The notes: a model not told the origin generated them from the letters alone. DNA of 63,495 bases, filler included, from 5 parts of 5 records of this genome joined end to end with filler, not necessarily neighbours in it; one strand, 5' to 3'; positions 30,361-41,182 are shown, numbered from the whole stretch's first letter. Made by a program: numbers and translations.

Positions 30361-32302
30361 ATGCGTTTGTTTGTGGTGAGTTCGCGATGAGGTCGTCGAC
30401 AACGCTTGGGTCAGCCAAGGTACTGGTGTCCCCCAATTGCGTCAGTTCATTCTCAGCAATTTTGCGCAATATTCTACGCATGATTTTCCCAGACCTGGTT
30501 TTCGGGAGCATGGGTGCCCATTGCAGAATGTCGGGTTTAGCAATGGCGCCAATCTCTTGCCGAACAAGGTTTTCAAGTTCCCGCTTGAGGGTATCCGTCC
30601 CGTCGACGCCTTGCATTAAGGTGACGTAGGCATAGATCCCTTGGCCCTTTATGTTATGCGGATAACCGACGACGGCAGCCTCCGCGACCGCTTCATGCAG
30701 CACCAATGCGCTCTCAACTTCGGCTGTACCCATCCGGTGTCCCGAAACATTGAGCACATCGTCGACTCGTCCGGTAATCCAGTAGTACCCTGACTCATCT
30801 CGGCGAGCACCATCACCCGTAAAATAGTAGCCCGGATAGGTCGTATAGTAGGTATCAATGCAGCGCTGATGGTCCCCAAAAACTGTTCTGATTTGGCTTG
30901 GCCAGGAGCTGCGAATGGCTAGGTTGCCGGAGGTTGCACCACTCAGCACGTTTCCCTCTGGATCGAGTAAGACGGGCTCTACACCAAAAAACGGCAGGGT
31001 TGCGGATCCGGGTTTTAGATCCGTCACACCCGGCAAGGGTGTAATCATGATGCCGCCAGTTTCTGTTTGCCACCAAGTATCGACTATGGGACACCGGCCG
31101 TCACCGACAATATGGTAATACCACTCCCAAGCTTCTGGATTAATGGGCTCGCCAACCGAGCCCAGAATACGCAGACTCGAGCGGTTGGTTGCCTGCACAA
31201 ACTCGTTTCCCATGCCCATGAGGGCACGAAGTGCAGTCGGGGCTGTGTAAAAAATATTGACCTGATGCTTGTCAACGATTTGCCAGCATCGAGACGCATC
31301 AGGATAGTTCGGGATGCCTTCGAACATTAAGGTTGTCGCGCCATTCGCGAGAGGCCCGTACACGATATAGGTATGGCCTGTAACCCAACCAACATCCGCG
31401 GTGCACCAGTAAATATCGCCATCATGGTAGTCGAAGACGTAGCGATGCGTCATGGCCGCTTGCAATAAATAACCGCCTGTAGTGTGCAGTACGCCTTTCG
31501 GTTTTCCGGTTGAGCCCGAGGTGTAGAGGATGAACAAAGGATCTTCACTGTCCATTGGTTCGGCGGGGCAGCTTGGGGGTTGCAGGATAGTTTCATCGTT
31601 ATACCAGAGATCCCGTTCTGGTTGCATCGACACGAAGCCGCCAGTGTGCCGCACAACAATCACAGAATGCACGTTCGGGCACTGCTCAAGCGCCAGATCG
31701 GCGTTGACTTTAAGGGGGACTGTTTTACCGCCTCGCACGCCTTCATCAGCGGTGATCACTGTTTGGCAGTCAGAGTCTAAAATACGATCTTGCAGGGCTT
31801 GTGGTGAGAAGCCGCCAAATACGACGCTGTGAACAGCACCGATTCGAGCGCAGGCTAGCATGGCGTAGGCGGCCTCTGGAATCATTGGCATATAAAGGCA
31901 GACGCGATCGCCTTTTTTAACGCCTCGCTGAATTAAAAGGTTGGCCAGTTGGCAGACCCGTTGATGCAAGTCCTGATAGGTGATGATGGCCTGCTGGCTC
32001 GGATCATCACCCTCCCACAAGATTGCAGTTTGTTGGGCGCGCTCTGGAAGATGTCGGTCAACACAGTTATAGCATGCATTCAGTTTTCCGCCGATGAACC
32101 AACCGGCCGTGCCCGTCATTAGATTTGACTCGGTGAGCTGCTCCCAGGGTTTAGACCAAGTCAGGAATTCATTGGCCATCTCTGGCCAAAAGGTCTCGGG
32201 CGCGTTAATCGATTTTTGGTACAAATCCTGATACTGATCGATGGAGAGGTGGGCCCGTTGTTTGGCGTCGTCTGAAACCGGGTATTGTTTGTCGTTGGTC
32301 AT
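30359..32302 (-). CDS. acs: Acetyl-CoA synthetase
   Basis: [33 protein letters not shown]. Confidence 0.97.
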   Translation of the reverse strand: MTNDKQYPVSDDAKQRAHLSIDQYQDLYQKSINAPETFWPEMANEFLTWSKPWEQLTESNLMTGTAGWFIGGKLNACYNCVDRHLPERAQQTAILWEGDDPSQQAIITYQDLHQRVCQLANLLIQRGVKKGDRVCLYMPMIPEAAYAMLACARIGAVHSVVFGGFSPQALQDRILDSDCQTVITADEGVRGGKTVPLKVNADLALEQCPNVHSVIVVRHTGGFVSMQPERDLWYNDETILQPPSCPAEPMDSEDPLFILYTSGSTGKPKGVLHTTGGYLLQAAMTHRYVFDYHDGDIYWCTADVGWVTGHTYIVYGPLANGATTLMFEGIPNYPDASRCWQIVDKHQVNIFYTAPTALRALMGMGNEFVQATNRSSLRILGSVGEPINPEAWEWYYHIVGDGRCPIVDTWWQTETGGIMITPLPGVTDLKPGSATLPFFGVEPVLLDPEGNVLSGATSGNLAIRSSWPSQIRTVFGDHQRCIDTYYTTYPGYYFTGDGARRDESGYYWITGRVDDVLNVSGHRMGTAEVESALVLHEAVAEAAVVGYPHNIKGQGIYAYVTLMQGVDGTDTLKRELENLVRQEIGAIAKPDILQWAPMLPKTRSGKIMRRILRKIAENELTQLGDTSTLADPSVVDDLIANSPQTNA

Positions 32303-32406
32303 CTAAAACTCTCTAAGCTCCGATAAGGCTTAAGGGTGCCATATTGCGGACATCTGGAAAACCATAAGATTGCCGTGCCTGCCGATACTTCAATTCGAGC
32401 TTGAAC

Positions 32407-33663
32407 TTAGCTGTCCTTAAGCGGCGCGTCGGCTTTAGGCTGGGATTTTTTGGACTTCTGCGTTCGGCTACTCCGGGTCATGATCTGCTGCCGGTCCTCG
32501 TCAGCAGTTTGAAACTCTGTCCACCAGTCGCATAGTGCGCTGATATTTTCACCGCTATCACGTCGTAGTAGAAGGAAGTCGTAAGCCGCGCGGAAACGCT
32601 TATTGGCGATTAATCGCAAAGGTTTCTTTCCGCGTCGCGCTTCGAGTCGATCCTGGAGCAACCAGATCTCCCGGGCAGGGATACTAAAGCGTTTTGGGAT
32701 CGAAATAACGGCTTGTTGTTGGTGGAAGACCTGATCAGCCGCAACTGCCGCTGCATCGTTTCTTGAATAATCATCTTTTTCGATGAGCGCCTTTTTGAGA
32801 TTCTCAAAAGGTGCCCATAAGAGCGCAGCGAAGATGAATGCCGGGGTAACCGGCGAGCCAATGGCTATTCGATCGTCTGTTGATTTAAGTGCGAGCTGAA
32901 TAAGTGCCTCGGCCTGGCCTTCTTCTGCCATGGTCGGAAACAAAATAACGCTGATTTGATATTGGCATAAGGCAAGATAGGTCGATTGTGCAAATCCAGC
33001 CATGAAGAGCTTTAGGGTTTCTTCAAATAGCCTCGCCGGCGGTATTTCCCCCAAAAGATGCGCCAGATCAATGATCTTCTGTTCAAGGATTGGGGCTAAA
33101 TCGAATTTAAGTTTGGATTTGAAGCGAACGGCTCGGAGCATTCTAACTGGATCTTCTTTGAAACGTGTCGCGGGATCCCCAATCAACCTAAGTTGTTTGC
33201 TTGCGAGATCATTGAGACCTTGATCGGTGGGGTCTAAGACCCGCTCGTCGGTCGCGCAGTAGTAGAGCGCGTTAACGGTAAAGTCTCGGCGGAAGGCATC
33301 AGACTCGAAGGACCCAAAGACATTGTCGTCGAGTACATGTCCCGCATCGTTTGATTTTTGCTGATTGTGTTGGGCCCTAAAAGTCGAGACTTCAATGATC
33401 TCGCGCCCAAATCGCACATGAACAATCTGAAATCGTCGGCCGATAATCCGAGAATTCCTGAAAACTTTATGGACCTGCTGCGGGGTTGCATTCGTTGCAA
33501 CATCAAAATCTTTGGGTTTTAGGCCCAGCAAGAGGTCCCGTACGCAGCCGCCGACGAGGTAAGCCGTGAAGCCTTGCTCTGTTAGCCGAAGCACAACTTT
33601 GAGTGCCTCGAGGCTAATTTCCGAGCGGGGTAAGTGTTCAGCGCTATTTGATTTTTTGCCCAC
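32407..33663 (-). CDS. pcnB: Poly(A) polymerase I (start uncertain, GTG chosen)
   Basis: VGGCVRDLL, DFDVAT, IIGRRF, RRDFTVNAL, EDPVRMLRA, FRAAYDFL. Confidence 0.93.
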   Translation of the reverse strand: MGKKSNSAEHLPRSEISLEALKVVLRLTEQGFTAYLVGGCVRDLLLGLKPKDFDVATNATPQQVHKVFRNSRIIGRRFQIVHVRFGREIIEVSTFRAQHNQQKSNDAGHVLDDNVFGSFESDAFRRDFTVNALYYCATDERVLDPTDQGLNDLASKQLRLIGDPATRFKEDPVRMLRAVRFKSKLKFDLAPILEQKIIDLAHLLGEIPPARLFEETLKLFMAGFAQSTYLALCQYQISVILFPTMAEEGQAEALIQLALKSTDDRIAIGSPVTPAFIFAALLWAPFENLKKALIEKDDYSRNDAAAVAADQVFHQQQAVISIPKRFSIPAREIWLLQDRLEARRGKKPLRLIANKRFRAAYDFLLLRRDSGENISALCDWWTEFQTADEDRQQIMTRSSRTQKSKKSQPKADAPLKDS

Positions 33664-33730
33664 AGAATGTGTCTTAATCGCGTGGAGAGAGTGTAACAGA
33701 TCGCATGCTAGACAGCTCATTCGGATAGTT

Positions 33731-33764
33731 TAAAAAGAAAAGGGAAAGCCTAAGCTTTCCCTTT
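33731..33764 (-). terminator. Intrinsic terminator upstream of pcnB
   Basis: Minus strand AAAGGGAAAGC-TTAG-GCTTTCCCTTT then TCTTTTT. Confidence 0.85.
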
Positions 33765-33833
33765 AGCGAGCATGGTCTCTTTATTATTATTATTCTTGCT
33801 TGGTGCTTATTATTATTGTTGGCATCCAAGTGT
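33731..33833 (-). ncRNA. Putative mini CrcZ-like Hfq-binding sRNA
   Basis: Two (AAN)n tracts, a 5' hairpin, its own terminator, an upstream -24/-12 motif; lies between gluQ and pcnB. Confidence 0.6.
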
Positions 33834-33842
33834 CTTAACTAT

Positions 33843-33858
33843 CGCAGGATGCGAACCA
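33843..33858 (-). promoter_or_regulatory. Putative sigma54 (-24/-12) promoter
   Basis: TGG-TTCGCATCC-TGC: exact GG-N10-GC spacing, imperfect flanks. Confidence 0.55.
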
Positions 33859-34111
33859 TTTGGGAAGTCCCAATTTTGGCTGTGCGCAGGTCCAAAATTT
33901 GAAGAAGGTTAAGCCTCTATGCGGCGTCGGGTTTGATCAACGGCGGGCGGCGGCTGCGGGTTCGGTTTAGCAAGCAATAGGCTCGCCCTTCCAAGTTGCC
34001 GCGCCGCGGTCTAAAGGTCGGTTTCGCGCCGCGCGCGGACAACAGTTTGAATGGTTTACCCGTGGACGCGCAGCGCATCAACTCGGCCTGGCCGGCAAAG
34101 AGCCGTGATGA

Positions 34112-34975
34112 TTACTGCGTTTTTCCGATGAGTTTCGGGATGCGGTCAGTCCGCCAGTTTTTGATTGCAGCATCCAAAATTGTCTTTGGATTTTCCGAGG
34201 CGATGATCGGTTGGTTAAGAAAGGCCAAGGCCTGATTAAGGTTGCCGGCTGGGGTTTCGGCATTGATCCTAGGCGCATGAGCCTGTTTACTGAGCTTTTG
34301 GCCATCTCTGTCGAGGACCATCGGTAAGTGCAGGGTCTCTGGCGGTTGTGCCCCGAAGGCGCGGAATAAGCAATTTTGCATTGGGGTGGCGTTCAAGAGG
34401 TCAGCGCCTCTAACGATTCGAGTGACCTTTTGAGCAATATCATCGACGACAACAGCGAGTTGGTAAGCATGTAGGCCATCTTTTCTGTGGACAATAAAAT
34501 CACCAAAGTCTTGACCATAGGTCCAGGTAACAGCGCCTTGGGCAATATCTGTTTGCTGGATTGTTGTCTCGCGGACACGAAACCGTAAAGCAGCGGGTTG
34601 CTTGAAAGGCGGTCTTCGCGTCCGACAGGTTCCTGGGTAGAGTCCAAGATAAGCGCGCCTTGGACAGGTACAAGAATACAAGTGTCCTTTGGTCTGTAGC
34701 ATCGACAAGGCTTCATCAAAGCGGTGTAGTCTTTGGCTCTGATAGGACACTGGCTGATCTGAGACCAAGCTGTGATCGGCTAATTGTTTCAAAATCTGAC
34801 GATCTGCGCCGGGTAAGGATCTTGGCGGGTCTAGGTCTTCGACCCGGATAAGCCATTGTCCGTCAGCTGATTTTGCATCAAGATAACTGCCGAGCGCCGC
34901 AACTAAGGAGCCGAAGTGTAATGGGCCAGTGGGCGAGGGTGCGAACCGGCCAACGTAGCGTGGGTGGTCAGCCAC
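34112..34975 (-). CDS. gluQ: Glutamyl-Q tRNA(Asp) synthetase
   Basis: RFAPSPTGPLHFGSL, YQLAVVVDD, KLSKQ; no anticodon-binding domain; follows dksA. Confidence 0.95.
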   Translation of the reverse strand: MADHPRYVGRFAPSPTGPLHFGSLVAALGSYLDAKSADGQWLIRVEDLDPPRSLPGADRQILKQLADHSLVSDQPVSYQSQRLHRFDEALSMLQTKGHLYSCTCPRRAYLGLYPGTCRTRRPPFKQPAALRFRVRETTIQQTDIAQGAVTWTYGQDFGDFIVHRKDGLHAYQLAVVVDDIAQKVTRIVRGADLLNATPMQNCLFRAFGAQPPETLHLPMVLDRDGQKLSKQAHAPRINAETPAGNLNQALAFLNQPIIASENPKTILDAAIKNWRTDRIPKLIGKTQ

Positions 34976-35003
34976 CGCGCCAGGTCATCCTAGAACTTGA
35001 TGA

Positions 35004-36083
35004 CTAGCCGTGAAGCTGTCGTTCTTTAAGTTCATCGAGTGTCTTGCAGTCAATACACTGGTTAGCGGTTGGGCGCGCTTCGAGACGTCGGATACCAATT
35101 TCGACGCCGCACGTATCGCAGTACCCATAATCATCTTGATCGATCAGATCAATAGTCTTTTCGATTTTCCGAATGAGCTTTCGCTCACGATCACGTGTTC
35201 TCAGCTCCAAACTAAATTCTTCTTCTTGACTGGCGCGATCGGATGGGTCTGGATAATTCGCCGCTTCATCTTTCATATGACTCACAGTCCGATCCACTTC
35301 TTCCATCAACTGGTTCCGCCAGTTGAGCAGGATGCTCTTGAAATGCGACCGTTGCGGTTCATTCATGTACGCTTCGTTGCGCTTTACGACATAAGGTGTG
35401 AACGACGCAGTACTATCGGAGCCGACATTGCCGGTCGTTCTTTTTGCAGATTGTGGTTTGGCCTTTGCACTAGTCGAAGCCTTGGGCTTCGCGGTTTTCT
35501 TTGCTTTGACGGCGGAGGCCGATTTGCTCACTGTAGCCTTAGCGGCGGGTTGTTTCTGAGCGCTGGCTTTCTTTGCAGGCTGCTTCGTTACGGGTGGCTT
35601 TGTGGCTGCAGCTTTTGAAGCAGGCTTTTTAGGCGTTATCTTTTTAGCCACGGCTTTTGCTTGAACCGCTTTTTTAGGCGTCGCTTTCTTCGAAGCGGCC
35701 TTCTTCGGAGCAGCCTTCTTCGCAGCGGCTTTACTCGGCACAGGTTTTTTTGTTTCCGGTGCTTTCACGCTGACGGCCTTTTTTGGAGCTGATTTTGATT
35801 TTGCGGTAATCTTTGCCGCAGCGGTTTTTTTAGGTACAGGTTTCTTCGACGCAACCTTCGACTTTTGAACGGTTAGATTTGCTTTCTCTTTGACCAACTT
35901 TTTACTCTCTTTAGGGCTTGGCTTTGCCGCTTTCTTGGCTGTCGCGGGCCCAGCCGGCACGGGCTTTTTCGCCGTTTTACTGGCGACCACAACGCTTTTC
36001 TTCGCCGCTTTCTTCTTGGCAGGCGCTGCGTTCTTACTTGTTAACTTCTTAACCGCTGGAGAAGGTTTGCGCTTGGCAACCAT
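35004..36083 (-). CDS. dksA: DksA with long Lys/Ala/Pro-rich N-terminal extension
   Basis: DPSDRA coiled-coil tip, CDTC...CIDC zinc finger; GAGGAG RBS before ATG 36083. Confidence 0.93.
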   Translation of the reverse strand: MVAKRKPSPAVKKLTSKNAAPAKKKAAKKSVVVASKTAKKPVPAGPATAKKAAKPSPKESKKLVKEKANLTVQKSKVASKKPVPKKTAAAKITAKSKSAPKKAVSVKAPETKKPVPSKAAAKKAAPKKAASKKATPKKAVQAKAVAKKITPKKPASKAAATKPPVTKQPAKKASAQKQPAAKATVSKSASAVKAKKTAKPKASTSAKAKPQSAKRTTGNVGSDSTASFTPYVVKRNEAYMNEPQRSHFKSILLNWRNQLMEEVDRTVSHMKDEAANYPDPSDRASQEEEFSLELRTRDRERKLIRKIEKTIDLIDQDDYGYCDTCGVEIGIRRLEARPTANQCIDCKTLDELKERQLHG

Positions 36084-36242
36084 TTTGGCTCCTCGTGTTT
36101 TAAAAGATCAACCACCGAAAATTAGCGCCGAACATTAACAGAATGCCTGGCGATCGCCAAGACTAAATTTCACTCTGAAGCCTGATTTTGAGAAAGCGCA
36201 GGATGTTAAGATGTCTCGTCTTGTAATTCACTGCGATAAACG

Positions 36243-37409
36243 ATGATTCGGCGACCATTTTCTAAAAGAAGTCAGGCAATACCAGCATTTAAAGCGATGG
36301 CTATTTTGGCGAAAGCCAATCAAATGGCACTGGGCGGGCGAGATATTATTCATCTTGAGGTTGGACAACCGGATTTTCCGGTTGCCGAGGCGATTCGCGC
36401 GGCCGGTATTGAGGCGATTCGAGCGGGTCAAACCGGGTATTCTGATGCCAATGGATTGCCGGCGCTGCGGGCTCAAATTAGCGAACATTATCGATGTGTT
36501 TATGGTCTTGATATACAAGAGCGCCGCATAATTTTGACGGCAGGCGCTTCAGGCGCCTTAGCCTTGGTCGTTGCTTTACTCACAGACCCGGGTGATGGCT
36601 GGTTGCTGACGGACCCAGGTTATCCCTCGAATAGACGATTTGTAGAAGCCTTTTCGGGGATCGCACAACCTTGTGCAGTAGGCCCTAAGGAACGGTTTCA
36701 GTTCAGTGCCAAAACGGTTGCCAATGCTTGGCAGACCAACACAGTTAGCCTTCTGCTCGCGTCACCGGGTAATCCAACGGGCACAAGTCTTTCGAGCTCA
36801 GCGCTCAAAGCTGTGGCAAAAGTCGTTGAAGAAAAAAATGGATTTTTGGTCTCAGATGAAATTTATCAAGGGTTAGAATATGGTCCGACAAAGCGCATTT
36901 CCGCATTGTCGGTTACAAATGACGCCTTTGTGGTGAATAGTTTCTCGAAATATTTCGGGATGACAGGTTGGCGGTTAGGTTGGGTGGTTGCACCGGACGG
37001 CGCGGAAGCACCGTTGATTAGGCTTGCTCAGAACTTGACCATTTGTCCGTCGGTGCCAGCGCAATACGCCGCACTTTCGGCCTTCGACCCGTCAGTCCTC
37101 GAGCAGTTAGACGCGCAGCGCGACATTTTAGCAGAGCGTCGTAAGTTGATGCTGTCGTGTATTACAGAAACGGGCTTGCAGGTGCCGGTGTCGCCCGATG
37201 GCGCTTTTTACCTCTATGCAAAGCTGCCTGAGCACTTCGGTTCTGCCGATGATTATTGTCGGGACTTGCTTGAACAAGAGGGCGTGGCGATCACGCCAGG
37301 TACTGATTTTGGCGATCATGATGCGCAGCATTACGTGCGAATAAGTTATGCGCAACCCCGGGCGGTATTGCAACAGGCACTTGAACGGATGGTGAGGTTT
37401 AGACCTTGA
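36243..37409 (+). CDS. Class I/II PLP-dependent aminotransferase
   Basis: SPGNPTG, SDEIY, NSFSKYFGMTGWRLGW. Confidence 0.93.
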   Translation: MIRRPFSKRSQAIPAFKAMAILAKANQMALGGRDIIHLEVGQPDFPVAEAIRAAGIEAIRAGQTGYSDANGLPALRAQISEHYRCVYGLDIQERRIILTAGASGALALVVALLTDPGDGWLLTDPGYPSNRRFVEAFSGIAQPCAVGPKERFQFSAKTVANAWQTNTVSLLLASPGNPTGTSLSSSALKAVAKVVEEKNGFLVSDEIYQGLEYGPTKRISALSVTNDAFVVNSFSKYFGMTGWRLGWVVAPDGAEAPLIRLAQNLTICPSVPAQYAALSAFDPSVLEQLDAQRDILAERRKLMLSCITETGLQVPVSPDGAFYLYAKLPEHFGSADDYCRDLLEQEGVAITPGTDFGDHDAQHYVRISYAQPRAVLQQALERMVRFRP

Positions 37410-38125
37410 AATTATTGGCAGGGCGCTGGCAAGTTGGAACCTTGCTAAGACGTTATCAGCGGTTTTTGGCCGATGTTCGGTTGCAAGGGGGTGAGATTAT
37501 CACCGCACACTGCCCGAACACCGGGGCTATGACGAATTGCTGGGCGCCAGGAGATCAGGTCTATTTATCGGAATCTAATGATCCCAAGCGGCGAACGCGT
37601 TTTACGCTGGAAATCGTGTGCCACCAGGGTCACCGAATCGGTATTCATTCTAGGCGTGCTAATGATTTGGTCGCTGATGCGCTCAATCAGGGTCGACTGG
37701 AAGGTTTTGAAGGCCATAGTGACGTTGTGCGAGAGCATCGATTTTTAGACAGCAGAGTCGATTTTAAGTTGATGTATCCGCAAGGCAACGCGATGCTGAT
37801 TGAGGTAAAGAGCGTAACCTATCTCAAATCGAAGGGCTTGGGTTTGTTTCCGGACGCGCCCTCTGCACGAGGGCTCAAACATCTTTCCGCGCTAATTTCA
37901 GCAAAAGCGCAAGGGTTGCAAGCGGCATTAGTCTTTTGTGTCCAACACTCGGGCATTCATCGGGTTGCGCCTGCGTTGGACATTGATCCGGCCTATGGCG
38001 CACGACTCGCCGAAGCGCAAGCGCAGGGCGTTTTGATTAAAGCCTTTAAAGTGGGTTTTCGATTGCCCTATGCTGCGATTAGTAAGCCATTGCCGGTCTG
38101 CCTCGATCAAGGTGGGCTTTTGTGA
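37406..38125 (+). CDS. sfsA: SfsA family nuclease/DNA-binding protein
   Basis: RY.RFLADV, HCPNTG, SRVDF, EVKS, FPDA. Confidence 0.93.
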   Translation: MKLLAGRWQVGTLLRRYQRFLADVRLQGGEIITAHCPNTGAMTNCWAPGDQVYLSESNDPKRRTRFTLEIVCHQGHRIGIHSRRANDLVADALNQGRLEGFEGHSDVVREHRFLDSRVDFKLMYPQGNAMLIEVKSVTYLKSKGLGLFPDAPSARGLKHLSALISAKAQGLQAALVFCVQHSGIHRVAPALDIDPAYGARLAEAQAQGVLIKAFKVGFRLPYAAISKPLPVCLDQGGLL

Positions 38126-39096
38126 AGCTTTGGCTTTGGTTCGGGTTTTTGGTATTCGTCTGGGCGCTCGTCTTCGTTTTAAGTCTTGGATCGGGCTATA
38201 CCGAGCTGAATTTCGCGGATATTTGGCGACAGGACTCGCTAACGCAAACTGTGGTCGGCGAAGTCCGCTTGCCAAGAGCGCTTTTGGCAACGCTGCTCGG
38301 CGCCGGACTAGCGCTTGCAGGCGGTGGGATTCAGGGTGTGTTTCGAAACCCCTTGGCCGATCCAGCTTTGATTGGTATCTCTGGCGGCGCAGCACTCTTT
38401 GCCGCGATTTATATTGTTTTCGTCTCGCAAATCGATTTCAGCCTGCTTGGTTTGTCCGGTAGCGCCTTTTTGGGTGGGTTGATCGCAACGTTAGTTGTAT
38501 TGGTGATCGGCGGCCGGCAACCTGATTTGTCCACTATTTTATTGGCCGGGATTGCGATCAATGCCATTTGTCTTGCGGGGGTTGGGTTAATGTCGTATCT
38601 GGCCCCAGATCAAACGCTCCGATCGGTGTCTTTCTGGGCACTTGGCAGCTTTAATCATGTTGGCTGGGCAGAGGTGACTGTTGGACTGTTGGTTATCCCG
38701 GCAATGATCCGGCTGATTAGCTTATCCTTAGTACTAGATGTGTTGATTCTAGGAGATCAAGAGGCGGCGCATTTGGGCGTCTCGGTGATTCCGCGGCGAA
38801 TCGAAGTGATTTTGTGGTCGGCGCTCATCACTGGGATTTCGGTCAGCCTAGTCGGGATCATTGCCTTTGTTGGGCTGATTGTGCCGCATTTGGTTCGGAT
38901 GACCTTCAGCGCAAAGCATGTGGTCGTGCTGCCTTTTTCTGCGATCATTGGCGGCGGTTTGTTGGTCGCTGCTGATTTGTTGAGTCGATCTTTGTTGGCG
39001 CCGGTTGAGTTGCCGGTTGGGATTGTAACCACGCTGTTGGGCGCACCCGTATTTGTCATTTTAGTCGCTCGTTGGTCTAAGGGGCTCTGGTTGTGA
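38122..39096 (+). CDS. FecCD/HmuU-type ABC permease
   Basis: RLPR, FRNPLADP..IG, EAAHLG, FVGLIVPH, ELPVG. Confidence 0.92.
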   Translation: MKLWLWFGFLVFVWALVFVLSLGSGYTELNFADIWRQDSLTQTVVGEVRLPRALLATLLGAGLALAGGGIQGVFRNPLADPALIGISGGAALFAAIYIVFVSQIDFSLLGLSGSAFLGGLIATLVVLVIGGRQPDLSTILLAGIAINAICLAGVGLMSYLAPDQTLRSVSFWALGSFNHVGWAEVTVGLLVIPAMIRLISLSLVLDVLILGDQEAAHLGVSVIPRRIEVILWSALITGISVSLVGIIAFVGLIVPHLVRMTFSAKHVVVLPFSAIIGGGLLVAADLLSRSLLAPVELPVGIVTTLLGAPVFVILVARWSKGLWL

Positions 39097-39654
39097 TCTT
39101 GGTACTGGATCAAGTTGGATTGGAACTTAATGGCCGCAGTATTTTAAAGGGCGTCACTTTAGAGCTCGCTTTAGGGCAGCATTTGGCCATCATGGGACCC
39201 AATGGCGCCGGCAAAAGTAGCTTGCTGGGTCTGATTACGGGAGATCTAGAGGTCACCTCGGGGTGTTTAACCGTTTTTGGAAAGTCGCCTTCTGCCTTCC
39301 AGCCGCTTGAGCGTGCACAGAGAATCTCGGCTTTAAGTCAAAGCTCGGAGCTACGATTCCCGTTCACGGTTGAAGAAGTCATTGGCCTCGGACGCTATCC
39401 TTTTCGGGCTAAAGCAGCAAGCACTGCACGGATTGTACGCGAGGTGATGGATGCCTTACAGTTGAATGGGTTTGCTCAGCGGTCAATGCTCAGCCTATCC
39501 GGTGGCGAGCGGCAGCGGGTCCATTTAGCGCGTGCGGTAGCCCAAATCTGGTCAAGTCCGGTCCCGGCACTGTTGCTCTTAGACGAACCGTTTGCAGCGC
39601 TCGATATTGCGCATCAAGTTGGGGTGCGTCGATTGTTAGCGCAGGTTTTAGCCG
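39093..39654 (+). CDS. Iron/haem ABC ATPase (HmuV-like), 3'-truncated
   Basis: GPNGAGKSS, LSGGERQRVHLARAVAQ, LLLDEP. Confidence 0.88.
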
Positions 39655-39754
39655 NNNNNNNNNNNNNNNNNNNNNNNNNNNNNNNNNNNNNNNNNNNNTT
39701 AATTAATTAANNNNNNNNNNNNNNNNNNNNNNNNNNNNNNNNNNNNNNNNNNNN
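39655..39754. other. Artificial contig spacer
   Basis: N-runs with TTAATTAATTAA. Confidence 0.98.
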
Positions 39755-40252
<498 letters not shown>

Positions 40253-40267
40253 ACAAAGGAGAGCGTT

Positions 40268-41182
40268 ATGCGCGTGTCTGATAAGGCCAGAGTCAGACAA
40301 AGACGTATCGTGCATGGCGGTCTTATTCTTATAAGTTTTTCCCTGATGTTTCTTGGCAAGGCTGATTTGGCTGCTTTGCGCAATTTGCGTATGGGAAGCA
40401 ATGATTTTCTTGCACCGATTGTTGATGTTGTTTCGGCGCCCATCCGTGGTATTGAAACGATGATCGAAGGCGTGCGGACCGTGGCGTCGCTGCGTGCCGA
40501 AAATGTGCGGCTTCAAGGTGAAAATGACTTGCTGAAACGCTGGCGTCGCCGCGCCGAAATTCTGGAAAGTGAAAATCGCCAATTGCGAAGTGTGACAGGC
40601 GCGGCAACGGTTGAAAACCGGATGCCAATTACGGCACGCGCGGTGACTGCGCCCGGTGGTGGCTTTGCACATACGGTGTTGATTTCAATCGGCAGTGAAA
40701 AAGGCATCGTGCAGGGCAATCCAGTTGTCACCGCCGATGGATTGGTTGGTATTGTCATTGACGTTGGCAGAGCCTACGCCCGCGTTCTGTTGATAAGTGA
40801 TATCAATGCACGGATTCCGGTCATTCTGGCCTCATCATCATGGCCGGGTCTGACCGTTGGCCAAAACGGCCAGTTTCTTGATCTACAATTTCTACCTGAT
40901 GAGGCCAAGCCAACTATCGGCGAACTGGTACTGACATCAGGCCATGGTGGTGTTTTGCCAAACGGTTTGCCGGTCGGGCGGGTGGATGAGATCAAAGATG
41001 GCAAAATTCGCGTCCGACCAGCGGTTGATTTTCGGCATTTGAATTATTTGTCGGTTTTGGTCGGTGGGCTTGATGGTATCGATAACAGCAACCTTGATCT
41101 TGCCGATTTTTACACACCATTGCCAATTGATGATTCAACGCGGCTTCTTGAAGGCCTGAATTCGTCAGGAAAACGCAGATGA
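40268..41182 (+). CDS. mreC: Rod shape protein MreC
   Basis: N-terminal TM, coiled coil, GLVG.V, TSGHGGVLP.GLPVG. Confidence 0.93.
   Translation: MRVSDKARVRQRRIVHGGLILISFSLMFLGKADLAALRNLRMGSNDFLAPIVDVVSAPIRGIETMIEGVRTVASLRAENVRLQGENDLLKRWRRRAEILESENRQLRSVTGAATVENRMPITARAVTAPGGGFAHTVLISIGSEKGIVQGNPVVTADGLVGIVIDVGRAYARVLLISDINARIPVILASSSWPGLTVGQNGQFLDLQFLPDEAKPTIGELVLTSGHGGVLPNGLPVGRVDEIKDGKIRVRPAVDFRHLNYLSVLVGGLDGIDNSNLDLADFYTPLPIDDSTRLLEGLNSSGKRR

Noticed and set aside
32303-32406. TGGCAC upstream of acs as a sigma54 promoter
   Set aside because: GG-to-GC spacing is 9 nt rather than the required 10
33917-34078. 53-codon minus-strand ORF (MRCASTGKPF...) where cbrAB would be
   Set aside because: No RBS and no resemblance to kinase or response-regulator sequence; I cannot support it as a gene or cbrAB remnant
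35010-35618. 202-aa ORF antisense to dksA, and similar long antisense ORFs (48367-49221, 49668-50555, 51459-52103)
   Set aside because: Shadow frames of well-supported genes, with no recognisable motifs
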